Assembly (NCBI GenBank): GCA_964106915.2
Contig: OZ066920.1
Length of the DNA stretch: 64,000 nt
Source of the DNA: Podarcis gaigeae
Lineage: Eukaryota
Direction: 5' to 3' (one strand)
In this document: positions 11,289 to 25,770 of the stretch, piece by piece
Layout of the letters: each line of letters opens with the position of its first letter
Numbering within the stretch: the first letter of the stretch is position 1
Translations under genes and position numbers: made by a program
The notes under the pieces: model-generated
Databases searched by the model: none
Seen by the model: only the letters and a program-made list of their open reading frames with translations
What the model was told of the DNA's origin: nothing

Positions 11289-12540
11289 CCCGTGGTATAT
11301 ACACAAGCTTAGTATGTGCTGAGTTAGGCTGAGGGACTGTGAGCTTCATGGCTATGTAGAGATTTGAATTCTGGTCTCCCAGGGCCTAGTCCAACACTAC
11401 TGCAGCACCTCACACTAAACACATAGTGGATATCTGGAATGACTGGCTTTGAATATCATGCCCCCTTGGACTGTAAAATCTTCATTTCTCTGGTACCCAT
11501 AAACACCAGGAACTGGTGGGCTTTGCCACAGGCGCTTCATGCAACACATTACCTTGCTTTAAAAAATACAGCTGTTTTCTACATTAGAAAAACTAAATAT
11601 AGTCCTGGTCCTGGCAGACTTTCCCTTTTAAAATGTCTGTATTCTAGTCAAGCTTCTTGCCTGAATGTCCTTTTACCTTTCTGTACTTTTCTGGATATTC
11701 ACCAAATAGGAAGCAAATATTGACAAGGAAGGTTACGGATTTTCCAAAAAATGTTGCTGGAGCCTTCTGCCTTCTGCCATGCACTACCTCCCTCATTTAT
11801 CCAAGCCCACTATTTATCTAAACTAGATGCATGCCTCCTCCCTATCCAGATACATGATCCATTCAAGTATCAGCAATCTATAATTAGCGTGAACGGAGGA
11901 CTGCAAGAGTTATTTAGCATGTGTGAGGGCAGCTTGTTGGAAAGTATTCTAAAGCTGATAGCGCCCTCCAACTCCAGCTGCCCAGTCAAAGTCACAGCCA
12001 TAACAGTGGTTATGTACTGGGTCTGCAGATGCATGACTAGCATGAGTGTGCGGTTTCTTTAGATCCATAACTCTCTTCTGTTTCTGCATGCAATAACCTT
12101 GAGGTCTCTTTCTAAGGCCTAATAATACATTGCTCTCCCTTTGGGTTGCTATAGTGCTGATGGTTTCCATTTTCAATGTTTTTAAATTGTTGCACACACC
12201 TCAATCCCAAAGCAGGGGTGTCTGATTTTTTATTTTATTTGCACAGATATACAACCTGAGCAAAAGATAGAAGAACTAAAAGCATTAACACTCCAACAGA
12301 TCTTGCTTCCCCATTAGCTGTTGGGGAGACAGGTCCCAAAGCCATAACTTTGGATTCAGCACACATAGCAAATTAAATTTCCATGTCTCTTTCCAGCTTC
12401 CTGTTCATAATAGACAAAACAAAAGAATAGACTTTGGCCTATTGGTCTCCTTCTTAGAGTCTGGTGAAGGGCTGGAATTATCCCATTCTTCTGGAAGCAC
12501 CATAAGCTAGTTGTTCCTACAGCAACATGGTCAATTCTTT

Positions 12541-12837
12541 AGAGCCAGTGTGGTGTGGTGGTTAAGAGCGGTAGATTCGTAATCTGATGAACCGGGTTCG
12601 TGTCTCCGCTCCTCCACATGCAGCTGCTGGATGACCTTGGGCTAGTCACACTTCTTTGAAGTCTCTTAGCCCCACTCACCTCACAGAGTGTTTGTTGTGG
12701 GGGAGGAAGGGAAAGGAGAATGTTAGCCGCTTTGAGACTCCTTCGGGTAGTGATAAAGCGGGATATCAAATCCAAACTACTCCTCCTCCTCCTCCTCTTC
12801 TTCTTCTTCTTCTTCTTCTTCTTCTTCTTCTTCTTCT
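12541..12837 (+). mobile_element. Squam2-type tRNA-derived SINE with (TCT)n tail
   Basis: agagccagtgtggtgtggtggttaagagcggtag...gggttcg (A/B-box-like)...cacctcacagagtgtttgttgtgg...gttagccgctttgagactccttcggg...aaagcgggatatcaaatccaaac followed by a tcc/tct microsatellite tail. Confidence 0.85.
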
Positions 12838-12875
12838 GTCATGCAGATAGGGTGCTTGTCCAGCTAAAGCCATTA

Positions 12876-12904
12876 GTCAGTCAGTCAGTCAGTCAGTCAG
12901 TCAG
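12876..12904. repeat. (AGTC)n microsatellite
   Basis: Seen directly. Confidence 0.95.
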
Positions 12905-14139
12905 GCTAATGCCATTAACTTAGCAAAGGCACTGGTTTGACCACTTCAGCAGTCCCTTCTACTATAAACTACAGTCATAGAGGTATAAAATCACAGGCTT
13001 GACTGAGACCCAAAGGCATAATCCAAACCAACCTCCCAATCCAATAACATTCTTATTTTATTTTTAAGTAATAGAAATATATGGTTAGGATAGAGTTGAT
13101 TGCACCTCAGTTTCTAATACTGGATTTATTGGTAATTTTTGTTTAAATAAAAACAGAAGGTTGTATGCTATTCAATTTATAGCTAGGATGGGGAGCCTAT
13201 GGCCATCCAGATTTTGCTGGACTACAACTCCCATCACCCTTGATCATTGGCCATTCCGACTAGAGATGATGGGAACTGGAATCCAACAAAATCCCCAACA
13301 AAAGCTTTTAGGTACATCAAACGGTACTTTTTATGTCCCCAACCTAAATTTATAATCATCTAATACTATACTTTTCTCATTGGCCTTGGTTAGTTTGGCT
13401 CTGCTTTATTCCCATTGGCTTTGGATTGTTTCTTTTAAATCATGGTGCATCTCTGTATTTCCAGCAACTGACAGAAAGTAGAAGACTAAATATGAAAATG
13501 TTGAGAAAGGACATACAGTGTGCCTAACTCAGCTTAAGTCAGGAAATAGTAGAATTCCCTCTGGGAGAACTGCTATGTCTGATATTTCCACACTAAAGGC
13601 AACTGGATAAACAGTAGAGATGACACAGACTACTGAACATTTAGTGGACATATATAGACACTACTTGCTTTATTTCTGCTGCGGGATGGGTTATCTGATT
13701 AATTTAAATAAGGGACTCTTCATGGAAACACCCACCCACCAGATAATCTGCATCTTTCCTGATGCCGATGAAAGTAATTGAAGAGGGCAACAATTATTCT
13801 AAGTATGCTGTCTTAAAGCACAGTTACTTAGAGGTAAACCTAGTAAAATTAACGGAATGTCATTCCAAGGAATTGTTTAAGGATCAGGCTATCAAATACA
13901 GAACTAAAGGAAGGTACCTAGATAAGAAAATTGCAATTATTTTATTGAGAATGTTCAGTACCTCAAAAGATTCACCTTGCCGTATACATAACAGTAACTA
14001 TTAATTCCAGGACCATTTGGTCATCAAAAGTCCATCATAGTCTTATTATCATAAATTCTAACTTATTTTATGTTAAAAATTGTACAGTTTGGATGTTTTG
14101 TTTTTAATAGGTCTGTGACTGCAGAATACATTTGATTGA

Positions 14140-14679
14140 TGTAATGGTTCTAGGGGTTGCTCGTGCGTAAGCCGGTGCCAACACCTGGTTGGGTTGCCTG
14201 AGTGAACCTTTTCTGTCCGGACAGCCACTCACCTGTGGCTGTCTCAATCGCTGGCAGAATCCGTCAGTGGGCGTTTCTTAAACTTATTCCAGCAAAGAAG
14301 CTCTTTGACGCCTAGTCTCCTCCTACTCTCCCTGCGCGGAAGCCTTCTGCGCAAGAAGGGCATAGGCAGCGGAGGACCCTTACTCTCCCCGCTGGTCCCC
14401 GGCAAGGAGTCATGGGACCGCCTCGCCGATTCCCCCATCTGCCCCCCTTCTCCACTGGTGCTACGCTGATTCTCTTCCCCAGAAGCTGGGCTGCCTCTCC
14501 CCATCCCGGAATGCTCTCTGGAATCCCTCTGGAGCGTGCTCTCTCCCTCCGGCACTGATGGCAGTTCCCTGACAATTGATGAATCGATTGACTGCCTTTG
14601 CTGGGGTCCTTCCCTCGGGACAAGGAAATTGGGTGGGTGGGTGAGAGAGAGATGCAGCAAACTCCACAAGGGCATCACA
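14140..14679. mobile_element. Putative solo LTR (Gypsy-like)
   Basis: A 540-bp GC/CpG-rich block in AT-rich flanks with near-inverted termini tgtaatg...catcaca (TG...CA). The TSD is only weak (attga/atggg). Confidence 0.5.
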
Positions 14680-15889
14680 ATGGGCAGACTAATTCTGCTG
14701 CTCTATACCTTATTGCCAACATCCATAGATGAATCCTGAGAAGACCAGTCAGAACATTTTCTCCATCTTCATCACTTGACCTGTCAGGGCTTTGTGTCTT
14801 GTTCCTTATACCAGCCACTATCACTATCTCAGTCTAGAACTACTCTCACCCAAGATTCTCATAAAAGTCTTTCTGTAATGTGGTTTTCCTACTTCAGACA
14901 GACAATTCTCTAGCAATCCTCACATTTTAATCACTTCAAAAATCTCCAGTGTGTGTGTGTTTATAATCTGTTTGCTACACTGAAATCACAACCAACCTCC
15001 AAAGACTCAGAGCAGTTTTAGCCTTGTTCCAGACTACTGAAATGGATTTACTATTTTTTAAAAAAAATAGTTCTCTGGTAGTTCATAAAACTTGAATAAA
15101 CATATTTACCACTTACTTATGCCTACTACACAAAACTAAGAACTGAATATTTATTTAGCTTAATTCTATATGGTGTAAACCTATATAAATTTATACTGTG
15201 CTAATTTATGGAATGCAGTACAGAAGGCTGAGAGCAAGTTGTGTTGCCTTTCTTCCCACGTTTTTGCTGAAATATTCATCTCCAGGTTCTCCACCCCACC
15301 CCCACCATTTATTCCTATGTTTTCTTTAGCACTGCCACAGATGTTTGGGCAGCTTGTGTTAGAAGATATTATGTCTTACCAGAGTGCATTTGTACATTTG
15401 CGGCATGTAGGTGATCAACATTCCAACTTGAGCAAGTGGCTGTACCTCAGTACAATTAATGCTCTTTGTGAATAGCCGTTACAGGTTTATCCTAGGCAAG
15501 CTGAAGAACAGCCAGGCATTGCATCACTCCACCTTTGAGACAGACATCCTCTGTATACCAAACAGCTGCATCAGAGACTGTGAACATTGTGCACTTCAGA
15601 AACACTATAATCATGGCAGATGATGGATGGGTGCCACTACATTTTATTTATTTTTAAATTTATTTATATCCAGCACCTTCAGCCCTAAAAAGGATATTCA
15701 GAACAGCTAACAAAACATATACAAAAGCAACAGTTCATATTAAAGCACCACACCACAACTAGTAGACTTCATAACTTGATCCTGCACCTGGGTAGGAAGA
15801 AACAGGAATGTGTAACATTTATCCAGTTCTTCATATTCATATTTCATTCAAAAGAACCAAGAACTATTTCATCATATTTTTATCTTAGC

Positions 15890-16690
15890 AATCAAAGCAG
15901 GTTGCTCACCCATAACTGTGGTTCTTTGAGTGGCTGTTGATACGGTTCTATAAGTGTGTGTGTTTGTGCACCTGTGCAAAGTATGGAAACTTCTAGAGTG
16001 GGGTGTTTAAAAGTTTTGGTGGGAAGTCTGCTCCCATCCCTCACGACACATGCGCAAAAGCTGTAGCATTCACCTTCCCGCCCAGTTCCTAAAAGATCAT
16101 TTTAGCAGCTATATAAGAAAGCACTCAAGCGAAAGCTAGTCATAATGGCCTCCTCAACAGGGAAGGAGGGTGAGTTGTGTGACTATATGGATCACTGCTT
16201 GAAGGACCACGGTAAGGAACCGGTTTTTCTTCTTCACAATCTCTGTGCAGTCCCACATATGGAAGAATAGCAAGCTGAGAGGCAGGACACATGACATTGG
16301 GTGACCACTGAGCTCAACACAGCCTATCCAAAAAGGCATCCACTCAGGACAAAATATACAAAGAATAGTGGCTGACAAATGTCAATGACCATACAGCATC
16401 ACAACATGCCTGAGATTCCTCTTAGGAAGTGTGTTCTCACCTTGGTGAGGGGTCAAGAAAATGTTTAACTGAAAAGCCAGGCCCACCTTATAGAGAAATG
16501 ACACCTCTCGATTGAACATCACAGCATCCCTACTAAGTATGGTAGGTCCAAGCAAAAAGTACAAAGTTCACTAGCTTATGTTGTAGACATGATGGGCAGT
16601 TAATTTTCTTGTACTAATCTTCTGTAAAGGGCATTCAGGCACCAAGCACTGTCAACTGCAGTATTGCTTAATTTAGGGCCATTGTGTAAG
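15890..16690 (-). mobile_element. Degenerate DIRS-like retroelement (tyrosine recombinase remnant and terminal region)
   Basis: Minus-strand translations IMSTT*ASELCT and PTILSRDAVMFNREVSFLYKVGLAFQLNIFLTPHQGENTL resemble DIRS recombinase motifs (ITSARRVSEL.., ..FLPKVVS.FHLN..FFP.PH..E..LH) as recalled. caggttgctcacc..taactgtggttctttgagtgg resembles reptile DIRS termini. Confidence 0.55.
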
Positions 16691-19276
16691 GATAAATATC
16701 TGAGTAAGGATATTTATTTCCTTACTTTTTTATACCACCCATTAACAATATGGTTTCTGGGCAGCGTAATTTTTTTTTTTAAAAAAAACACCATTGGAAA
16801 TAAAAATACAAAAGAAGAAAAAGTTAAAACAACATCAGAATAAAACCACCAGCAGAGAAAACAATAGCATCCAAGTACTATTCACTATTCTTCAAGAGTT
16901 TAAGATGCACACATAGATCTTGTTCGTCTTACCCACATTCAGTTGATACAGATTTTATGCTGCCCTTTTGAAAATCCTGTTCCTGGGATTTTGTGACCAG
17001 GCACGGGTACAAATCCTCCTCATGTTTCATTGGTCACAGGGTGAGTAGCCTGCGTACCTTGGAAAGCAGCCCTGACTAATGTCATAAGATGAAGGAGTAT
17101 AAAGACCGAGCTCCTTTGGCCAGGACTGAGGATGCCTCAGATTTGCATGTTGCTGCCCAATGTGGTAAGCTATCAGGATGCCAGGGTTGGGCATTGGGCG
17201 GCAGTCTGAGATGAGCCAGCAGCCATGGAGCAAACCAATAATCAAGTCAGGACCAAAGTAAAACCAAGAGGCAGGGTTGAGGAAGAAGCCATGATTCAGC
17301 CAAAGGATATAGGAATGAACCAGGGCTCAAGAAAGCCTTGCTCCTCTGCTAAGGCCTAACAAAAGCAGGAAACACTTTTATACTCTTTTCTGTCTGAGAA
17401 GATCTAATAGTCAACCTGGAATGGCAGGGTTAGTCCAGTGCCTAACGATACTACACTCCCACATCCAAATTCAGTGGCTCACCACATGGGGCAGCCACAC
17501 ACAAACCCAAAGGCTCTCAGATTATGCCTCAGTATTTCCTGACATATGGCACAGATCCTCGGGCAGTGATGTGGCCTACCGTTTGATTTGCCTTTGTCCA
17601 CCCTGGCAGTTCATTGGCTTCCTCCCCACCCCTCAAGCTTCCCAGAGCAAGCTGGGACTTGTGCCTGGTTAACAACAGCCTCTCATGTGTTTGTCCCTTG
17701 CCTCTTGGCACAGGCTTGTAATTTACTGAGTGTCAGCTTTGATAAAGGTAGACAGGAGGCTCCAGAGGGTCAGTTCCCAACCAGAGTCCACATAGCTGGA
17801 ACACTATGACTGATACAACCTGGCAAAGATATCAATGCCCTAATCTCATCCTTAAGTAACAAGAACATCTTACAAAGTAATATTTCTTTGGGAGAAGGTT
17901 ATATGTTTCAGCAGGAAGAGCGAAGAGGTAATCCTCAGTGAGTGTGTCCTATTTGCTAACTGAGAATTAGCAAAAACTAGCAGTGTGAGAGTCAAGTGTC
18001 TGCAGGGGATTAATTTGGGATGTGCCATGTGTATTGACAAAGGAAATAAACAGGGAGAGGCATATCTTGAAACCCCACAAAGAGCCTTTGCCTTGTAGCA
18101 TACAAGACAAAACGTAAAGCAAAGCAAAACAAGCTGAACATAAAATGTACTTTCTTGTTAAACTTCTTCATAACACAAAGTTTGAAACCACACATACAAC
18201 AGAATGGAAACTGAATTTATAAAAAATGTGAGATTAAGCTACAGCATTTCGAGACATGTGGCATCCTTCTCAGCGAAGTTAGTCATGTCACACATTCCCT
18301 CCCCCCCCCCTACTGAGGCATGTCACAACCCAGAGAAGAAGTCACAGCCAAAACTCAAACTTCTATCGTGCTCTTTGTTAAACCAAGGCATGGCTGCATA
18401 TGTCAAAAAAAGCAAATCCTCAATCCTTAGATGCTAAGACTTTTCCAAACTTTATTGGCCCAGAGTGTATGCAAGCAAGAGTCTAGAATACAAGAACACA
18501 ACAATATGCCATGAGATAGAACTGGCAGCTGGAATTCCTAATTAACAGCTTGGATCCTCCAAAAGCTCAAATGGCAAGAGCCCTGTGATGCAACGGCAAG
18601 ATTGCAGCATTTCACTTTTAAAAGAAGATGCCTCCTTGGGATCACTCGTGTATATTAATAGAATGCCATCTGTGTGGGATGGCCTTGCTTGCATTTCACC
18701 CTTCCCAACTCAATCACCAGATGGAGGTTGGGTCAGTGTGGTGAAGCTGCATTTTGTACAGATTATAGGGTTTTCAAAAAAAGATTATTTGTTGGCAACA
18801 AAAATGATACATGGAAATCAAAATCATGTAGCGCAACGGAATGATGGTTTGTGCTGATGCACACTGGAGCAGGCTAATGATAAAGCTGATGTGCTTTAGC
18901 ACACCTTGCCTTAGAATCCACCTCACTCCTTCTGGGTTAGGAGAGGGTCTCCCCTTTAATGCAGGTAGTAGTGATGGGAGTAGGACTGGTCTGGGTATGT
19001 CTGGGCTGTTTCATGAGTAGCATCCTGTGATTTTCATAGATAAGGAAGAACTCTTCTGGAGAAGGGTGTTGGCATGTGCTCACTCTTTCAGCTGATTCTG
19101 TGGATGGGCTAAATTAGTCATGGTTAATATTTGCCTCTTATCATGAATGTCAGGTAGTAATGAAGATGGCACGTTTAATACCAGATCTCAGTTCTTGTCA
19201 CAGCACTAACCAGGCTAATCACACGCCTAAAACCAGCTGCACCAAAATGGTCCTCTTGACTTCAGTTACTCTAGAG

Positions 19277-19503
19277 CAGAGATGTGCAACCTGGGCACAT
19301 GTGATCCTTAAGTCTAATTCCAGGCAGGTGACCTGGAGGGAGAAAAACAAGAAGAAAAGTGGGGGGGGGGGCAGAGAGAAAGGAGGGTGGCTCCAACCCC
19401 ACCTACCTTTCATTCCAACACTACTAATTTCTGCCATGAGCCTCTTGGAAGGTTACCCCCAAAGGAATGCAGGCCCCAAAAGTAAAAAGTTTGTTCACCC
19501 CTG
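19277..19503. mobile_element. hAT-type MITE
   Basis: cagagatgtgcaac...gttcacccctg ends with 8-bp TSD ctctagag/ctctagaa. Confidence 0.65.
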
Positions 19504-21889
19504 CTCTAGAATAACTGATTAAAAGTATTGTTGCTGGGAAAATGGTCAGACTAAGGCTTCAGAAGCCGCACAAATAGAAGGGGTGGCTCAAATAACCGCT
19601 CTCTTTTTCTGAAAGCTGTATTTGATAATGCCATTTTGACTAAATCAAGGCCAGCACTCAAGAGAACACTGTATCAATATCAGTATATATCAAAGGTGGG
19701 GAAACGTTTTCAGTCTAAGGAAGAAGTGGGCAGGGCAACAAATTAAACAAACATTTTTAATACAATAGGCAAGTTTATGCACACATTCACATGCCTCTCT
19801 CTATCCTCCATACAAAAACATCACCAGAGTTCAATGACACATTCCAGCCAGGCTTGGGGTGTGAAGTAGCAGTGTGATCTGAGGAAGGCAGGGGTAACCT
19901 GGGAAGGGTTCCAGGGGCCAGACAGAGATGCCTAGAGGGCCACATTTGGCAGCTAGGCCTGATGGTCTCCATCCCTGCTCTATATGATAGTAATAAATAA
20001 TATGCTAATAAATGACTGTCCATAATTCTCAATGCCTGCAACACAGAGCATGAAGGATCTGAAATGTCCTGCCCCAGCGACTAAATTTAGAGTGTGGTCA
20101 AGTGCTTGCACTTTCCCTGGAGCTATCAGGAACACAGCACACGAAATGGCTTATCACTAACTCTTGGGATTCTTCATAGCTCATTTACTCAATATACCCA
20201 GAAGCTTTCTGTTGGTAGAGCGGAATCAAACCCTTGAAAGGTCAGGCTTACTCAGGGCCTTATAAGCTCTGGCTTAATGTGAGGCATAGGTAGCCAGTGT
20301 TCAGTCTTGACACTAGGACTTAGGCCATGAGAAATATTGTTTAATGAATTCCATGTGTACATTTTTCAAGGTGGCCTGCATAGCTCATATCCAGCCACTG
20401 ATATGAATCAGACCTACTTCAGAAAGGTTTCTGGATCGTGTTCCTGCAGATCATAACTGTGGTTCATAACAATGAAGACAATTCCATTAAGCATCTGCCA
20501 TGATGCAGTGGTTCCTCCCCCCCATTCCAATATCTGGCCAAGCCAGATACCAGAACTTGTTGTGAATGTCTGAGTCCAGTCCTGGAATGTGTGAGATAAA
20601 GTGACTGCTCTGAGCACGTATAAAACGTGCTTCCCTCACTGCTGCAGATGTAATACCCAGTTTCCATATTTATGAGATTACACATCTGGGATTTGTGTGA
20701 AATGGAGTGAGGACCCCTTGGTCAAAAGATGTGATTTCTAGGAATGCCTGATTCAGGCTGGCACCTCTCATTTTGAAAATGGAACATTAGTATAAGTACA
20801 TCTCAGTGATATGAAAAGCTCATTGTTTTTGCAAAGCAGTCCAGAAGTCACTTTCTGGCCTTGCTTGGATTTAGTTCATTAGGGGACACCGTGGTAATTG
20901 TATAAAAGCTGTGAAAAGACGTGGATAAATTTACCCAGCACCTTTCTTCCTCAATGGTTTCTTTATTCTGATGTCAAATATTTGATTTTCTTCTATTTCA
21001 AAGTATAATAATATTCTGTTAACATTTTTTTTACTGTTAATTTAAGTGCCATTAGAAACTTGAGAGCTTGCCTTTTGAAGGAATTCACGTCAAGGCTTTT
21101 TGATAACTTACTCTGGATGTGACAAGCCTAGGAATCATTCATGGTGCGCTTGCTCCTGAGTGCTTACTGTAGCGTCTGTGTTTTGCTACAATCTCCCTGG
21201 GTTTCTTCTCGGCTTACCCATTGTGGTGTGTCTCTCACATATGAACACAGTTCGCTGGCTACCTAATGGGACGGTCATCAGCCACAAAATGGCTACATTT
21301 GTACTTAATACTAAACCAAGTTTTAGAATTACATGCATGCATAGGAAGGAGCTGCCACAAGGCTCAAGCTTCCATACTCCCCCATCTCCTCCTCCTTGTG
21401 CAGCCACAATTGCTGGTTTGCATGTAACAAACCAGTTTTTGTGGGAACTGAAACTAAACCCTGCTGCATGGGAAGATGAGGAGGGCATGCAGGAGCCAAA
21501 GATCTATGGTGACTCCTTCCTGCTTGTGCCCACAGTGCTAATCCATGGTTTAGTGTTACATGCAAATGTGGCCATTAACAATAAAGGAAAATATTACAGC
21601 AATGCATTGCAACAAAAAGTTTATTCATAATAAGGAGAGAAGGGACATGGAAAATGATGTACAAACATCCTTTATTGCTTTTGCATTGTACTAGTGAGCA
21701 ACTGGGAAGATGTAACTAATTGTCTAGCAGCCAACAGTGTGATGCCCTCAGTTTACTCCCAGTTTACTCTGGTTTAGTACACTTATTAGCAGTTATTTAG
21801 AGTGAAAATCCTTTATAAACCGGAAGCATTGCTGTACAACATACAAGGCCAAAAGGTCCGTGCAAATTCATGTTTGGCTTTTAATCCAT

Positions 21890-22330
21890 GGGCTAGAGCT
21901 GGCAAAACTAAACTGACAATTGGCTTCATATATGCCCCAAACTCAAAGCAATTAGAATTCATCCAGAAAACACTAACAAAAATCCTCTCCTTCTATGCAG
22001 GGGAAGCAATCTTGGAAGGTGATTTCAACCTAAATCTGAGAGATATTCCACCTACAACCCCATGGGCTACCTTCCTCCAAAAGATACCCCAAACGACTAG
22101 AGATTCTTAGAAATTACTAAAAATGCTAAAACATAGGCCTATATGACATCTGAAGCAAAAAAACAACAACCAGGAGACACCAGCCACACATTCCAGGCAC
22201 CATGGCACAACGCCCAAACTGGATAGCATTCTGCTCATGCAAGTCCTGATCCTTTTGGTTGAAACAACAAACATTGGTAACATTAAGGTAACAGACCACA
22301 AACACCTCCCTTGTTCTCTTATAATGGCAA
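21890..22330 (+). mobile_element. L1/Tx1 LINE AP-endonuclease fragment
   Basis: ORF 21802 contains KLTIGFIYAPNSKQLEFIQKTL...EAILEGDFNLNL, matching the L1 endonuclease motifs IYAPN and GDFN. Confidence 0.75.
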
Positions 22331-23479
22331 TGGCACGCACTTGAGAGGTGCCATAACTGAGTTCCAGAGAGTTCTGAGTGAAAAAAAGTGCTGCCTGTAT
22401 ATTTGGGGTTTCTGTGGCAAATGCTTACAGCAGTTCAAGGATCTGTTAGAATCATAATCAACTTCTATATGTGCATTGATGTTTACTTTCACCATTAAAC
22501 GTTTTCACATTATGTAAACACAGGCCTCGTATATGCTCTGATACCCGTCTATCCTTGGAAGAAGAGACTGACAGGCCCTAAGTGCTGTGGGATTTTCTTG
22601 TCAGTCTGACTGACAGCTTTCAAGGAGACAGCAGTTCATTCGACTTTCAGATGTCATCTACATGAATAATATGAAAAACAACTCAGCTTTTTGTATTTCC
22701 CTAATACTTTCTCTTGGATTTTAGTGACAGCTATAAAACTCCAGTGCTTTGGGTGAGGGAAAATACTTCCACCAACTCTCCAAGCTCTAAAGCTCACAAT
22801 ATACAAAAGCTTTACAGCTCAAGACCTTGCAATTGTTTTTCTTTTATCATTCAGGCACACAACACAAATCTCTGCAATGTTTTAAAACATACTACAATAT
22901 ACTTTTAACGCCTCAGATGCATTACACTCTTTTGACAGCAGCTGGCATTTCACCACTGATATTATTTTAGTCATTTGACCATAATACATGCACAACAACT
23001 TCTACAGAGATTTCCACGTGATCGCATACCACTGGTGAATAGGCAACAGCATCAGCGGTTTGAAGGGCTTAAACCATTATAGGATTTAAGATTACAGACA
23101 TGCTTATTCCACCACAAGGATGCAATAAATAATCCAATCTATATGTCTATGTAGGGGGGATGTCCCTGCCCCCTCATCTCATAAAACACTTCCACAGATC
23201 ATCTGCCTTTCTGCAATCCAAGTCAGAGTTGCTCCCACTTGAATCAGTCCCTGATCCACCTGTGATCAAAAGTGTCCAGCCAACTTTTGCTCAAATGTGG
23301 TTTCAAAAGAGCCTTTTCTGTCACCATTTAGGCAGAGGTGAAATGCAGTCCATTGGGTAGTGAATATTCTTCATGCCAGTTCTGGAGCAGTCTGAACAGG
23401 GCTCCATGGTTTGTTTTGCTCCATTAAAAAGATTTTCTTACCAGTATTTGACAAGTGCTATCACATCTTCTCCAGGCAA

Positions 23480-24800
23480 AACATACATGGTTACTTCAAA
23501 CTTTCTTTTCTAACGCCATCTTGTTGTCATCCTCTTGAGCTGTCGTCTGCATTGTTCTTAAAAGTGGCGCTCAAAACTGGACATAGAACTCCATATAAGG
23601 TCTGACTGATGCAGAATAAAGAGGAAATGTTTCTTACGACTTGGAAGCTACAGTTCTATAAATGAAGCTGACTCATGTACAGCTTATGTTTAACTAAATC
23701 CTGTTGCTTTTTACACAAGTATTACTACCAAGAGAAGTATCCCCCAACCTGTACCTACACATGTGATTCCTCTCACCTGCCACCCATTTTAGTGTAGAAC
23801 TTTAGTTTGGTCACTGCAGGTCAAGTCTTCCATTCAATCAAGGTCATTTTCATTTTTATTCTTATCTTCCATGGTGCTAGTTATCCCTCCTGGTATTGTG
23901 TCATCTATGAACTCAATAAGGATCTCCTCCACTCCTTCATTTATTTATTTATTATTTCATTAAATTTATACATAGCTTGATAATTATTCTGAAAAATCCC
24001 AAAACAGCTTATGAAGAGAATGAAACAATAAAATTATAAAACAACTTTAAATACAGTGGTACCTCAGGTTACATACACTTCAGGTTACATACGCTTCAGG
24101 TTACAGACTCCGCTAACCCTGAAATAGTGCTTCAGGTTAAGAACTTTGCTTCAGGATGAGAACAGAAATTGGGCTCCGGCGGCTCGGTGGCAGCAGGAGG
24201 CCCCATTAGCTAAAGTGGTGCTTCAGGTTAAGTACAGTTTCAGGTTAAGAACGGACCTCCGGAACAAATTAAGTACTTAACCTGAGGTACCACTGTAATT
24301 CAAAATTAACAGTAAAACAGAACACATTCTACACATCTTGACAAGCTTGTATAAACAAAACTGTTTTTAGCAGGTGCCAAAAAGAATACAATGAAGATGC
24401 CTTCATGATGTCAATAGGCAGGCAGTTCCACAGTGAAGGTGCTGCCACACATATAAGAATGATTGATTTAAAAATGTTGAAGAAGAGTATTGGGCCTAGA
24501 TCAGAGGTCTGTGACACCTACTCAAAACCTCTTTCCAGTCTGATGAAGAACCATTTTTGAATGCCCTTTTAGTGTGGTTTTCCAATCAGCTGCATATCTG
24601 CTGAGAGTATTAACGTCTAGGCCTCATTTAGCCAGCTTGCCAACCAAAATATAATGGGGAAAATTCACAAATGCTTTGCTGAAATCAAGATAAATTACAT
24701 CCACAGCATCCCCACAATCCATTAGGCCAGTAAGCCAATTAAACAGAGAGAATATTAATCTGGGATGGTTTTTTTAAAAAAATAAAACCATACTGACCTC
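23480..24800 (-). mobile_element. Old fragmented CR1 ORF2 interrupted by younger insertions
   Basis: The minus strand has LDFSKAF (caaatgctttgctgaaatcaaga, about 24668-24690) and other CR1-like pieces. It is interrupted by the MITE at 24054-24295 and an L2-like piece at about 24330-24450. Boundaries approximate. Confidence 0.5.
24054..24295. mobile_element. Tc1/mariner (Tigger-like) MITE, opposite orientation to 1078-1303
   Basis: TIRs cagtggtacctcaggtta...taacctgaggtaccactg with TA flanks and a tandem caggttacatac(a/g)ctt subrepeat. Confidence 0.9.
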
Positions 24801-25239
24801 TACATTGCTTGAAACTAGAGCCTAAGCAACTTCTTATAGGCAATATGCAAGAACTGTGCAGTCTTTTCAGAATTATTTGTTGTAGCTCAACTCTTCAGTC
24901 ATGTTTACATGATTTCTTTAATAACTATTACTGCTAGAAACTGACTTTGTTTAAAGTGAGATCCAGGAAAAAGTGCCTAACAGCATACATACCATATGGC
25001 AAGCACACCTGTTTTGTGTACAAAGTTATGCCACTGAAAGGGAAGAATAATATTTGAAACATACAGTACCTGAATGTCTCTTTTTCTGATCCTAGTTTTG
25101 CTGTTTTCAGTACAGTATTGATTCTTTGGCCCTTGTGCACCAATTAGATAATACCCTTTGATTGCTCTGATTGTTGCATTTATTTCTAGGTACCGGTAAT
25201 TGCAACTTTAACTCTCAAGTCGTTATGGAAAGGAAAACA

Positions 25240-25770
25240 AATCCAATGATGAAAGTTTAAAGGAATTGGGTAGGTTTGGCCTGGAAAGAGCTGAGTGGGT
25301 GTCCATGACAGCACTCTTCAAATGCCTGGAAGTCTGTCACACAGAGGAGGGAAAAGACTTGTTCTCTGCCGCCCCACAGGGCAGGATTTAATCTAATGCA
25401 ATGAAGTCACAGGAAGTGTAGAGTTGCATTAGGTGACATGTCTTGATGGAAAGAGAAGCACAACAATGGAACTAATCACCTAGAGGGGTGCTGGGTCCTC
25501 TTCTCATTGGGGGGCAATGTGCACACTATACATTTCAAGCACATGACTTCCCCCAAAGAGTTGATACAATTCCCAGTGTGCTCAATAAACTACAGTTCCC
25601 AGAATTCTTTGGGGGAAGTCATGTGCTTGAAATGTATGGTGTGTACACAGACAAGGTATTCAAGCAGAGGCTGTATGGTCATCTGTTGGGGATGCTCCAG
25701 CACTGTGTTACACTGAGCAGGATATTAGATGGCTTACAAGGTTCTTTTCATCTCTGTGATTCAATGAAAT
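25240..25770 (+). mobile_element. Old CR1 3' end containing a palindromic MITE (about 25519-25647)
   Basis: CR1-like ttaaaggaattgggtaggtttggcctggaaag...gacttgttctc...ttcaagcagaggctg. The inner inverted repeat is tacatttcaagcacatgacttcccccaaaga / tctttgggggaagtcatgtgcttgaaatgta. Confidence 0.6.

Noticed and set aside
14244-14678. 144-aa Arg/Ser-rich minus-strand ORF
   Set aside because: It lies entirely within a GC-rich LTR-like repeat, has no recognisable domain, and open frames are expected at that GC content.
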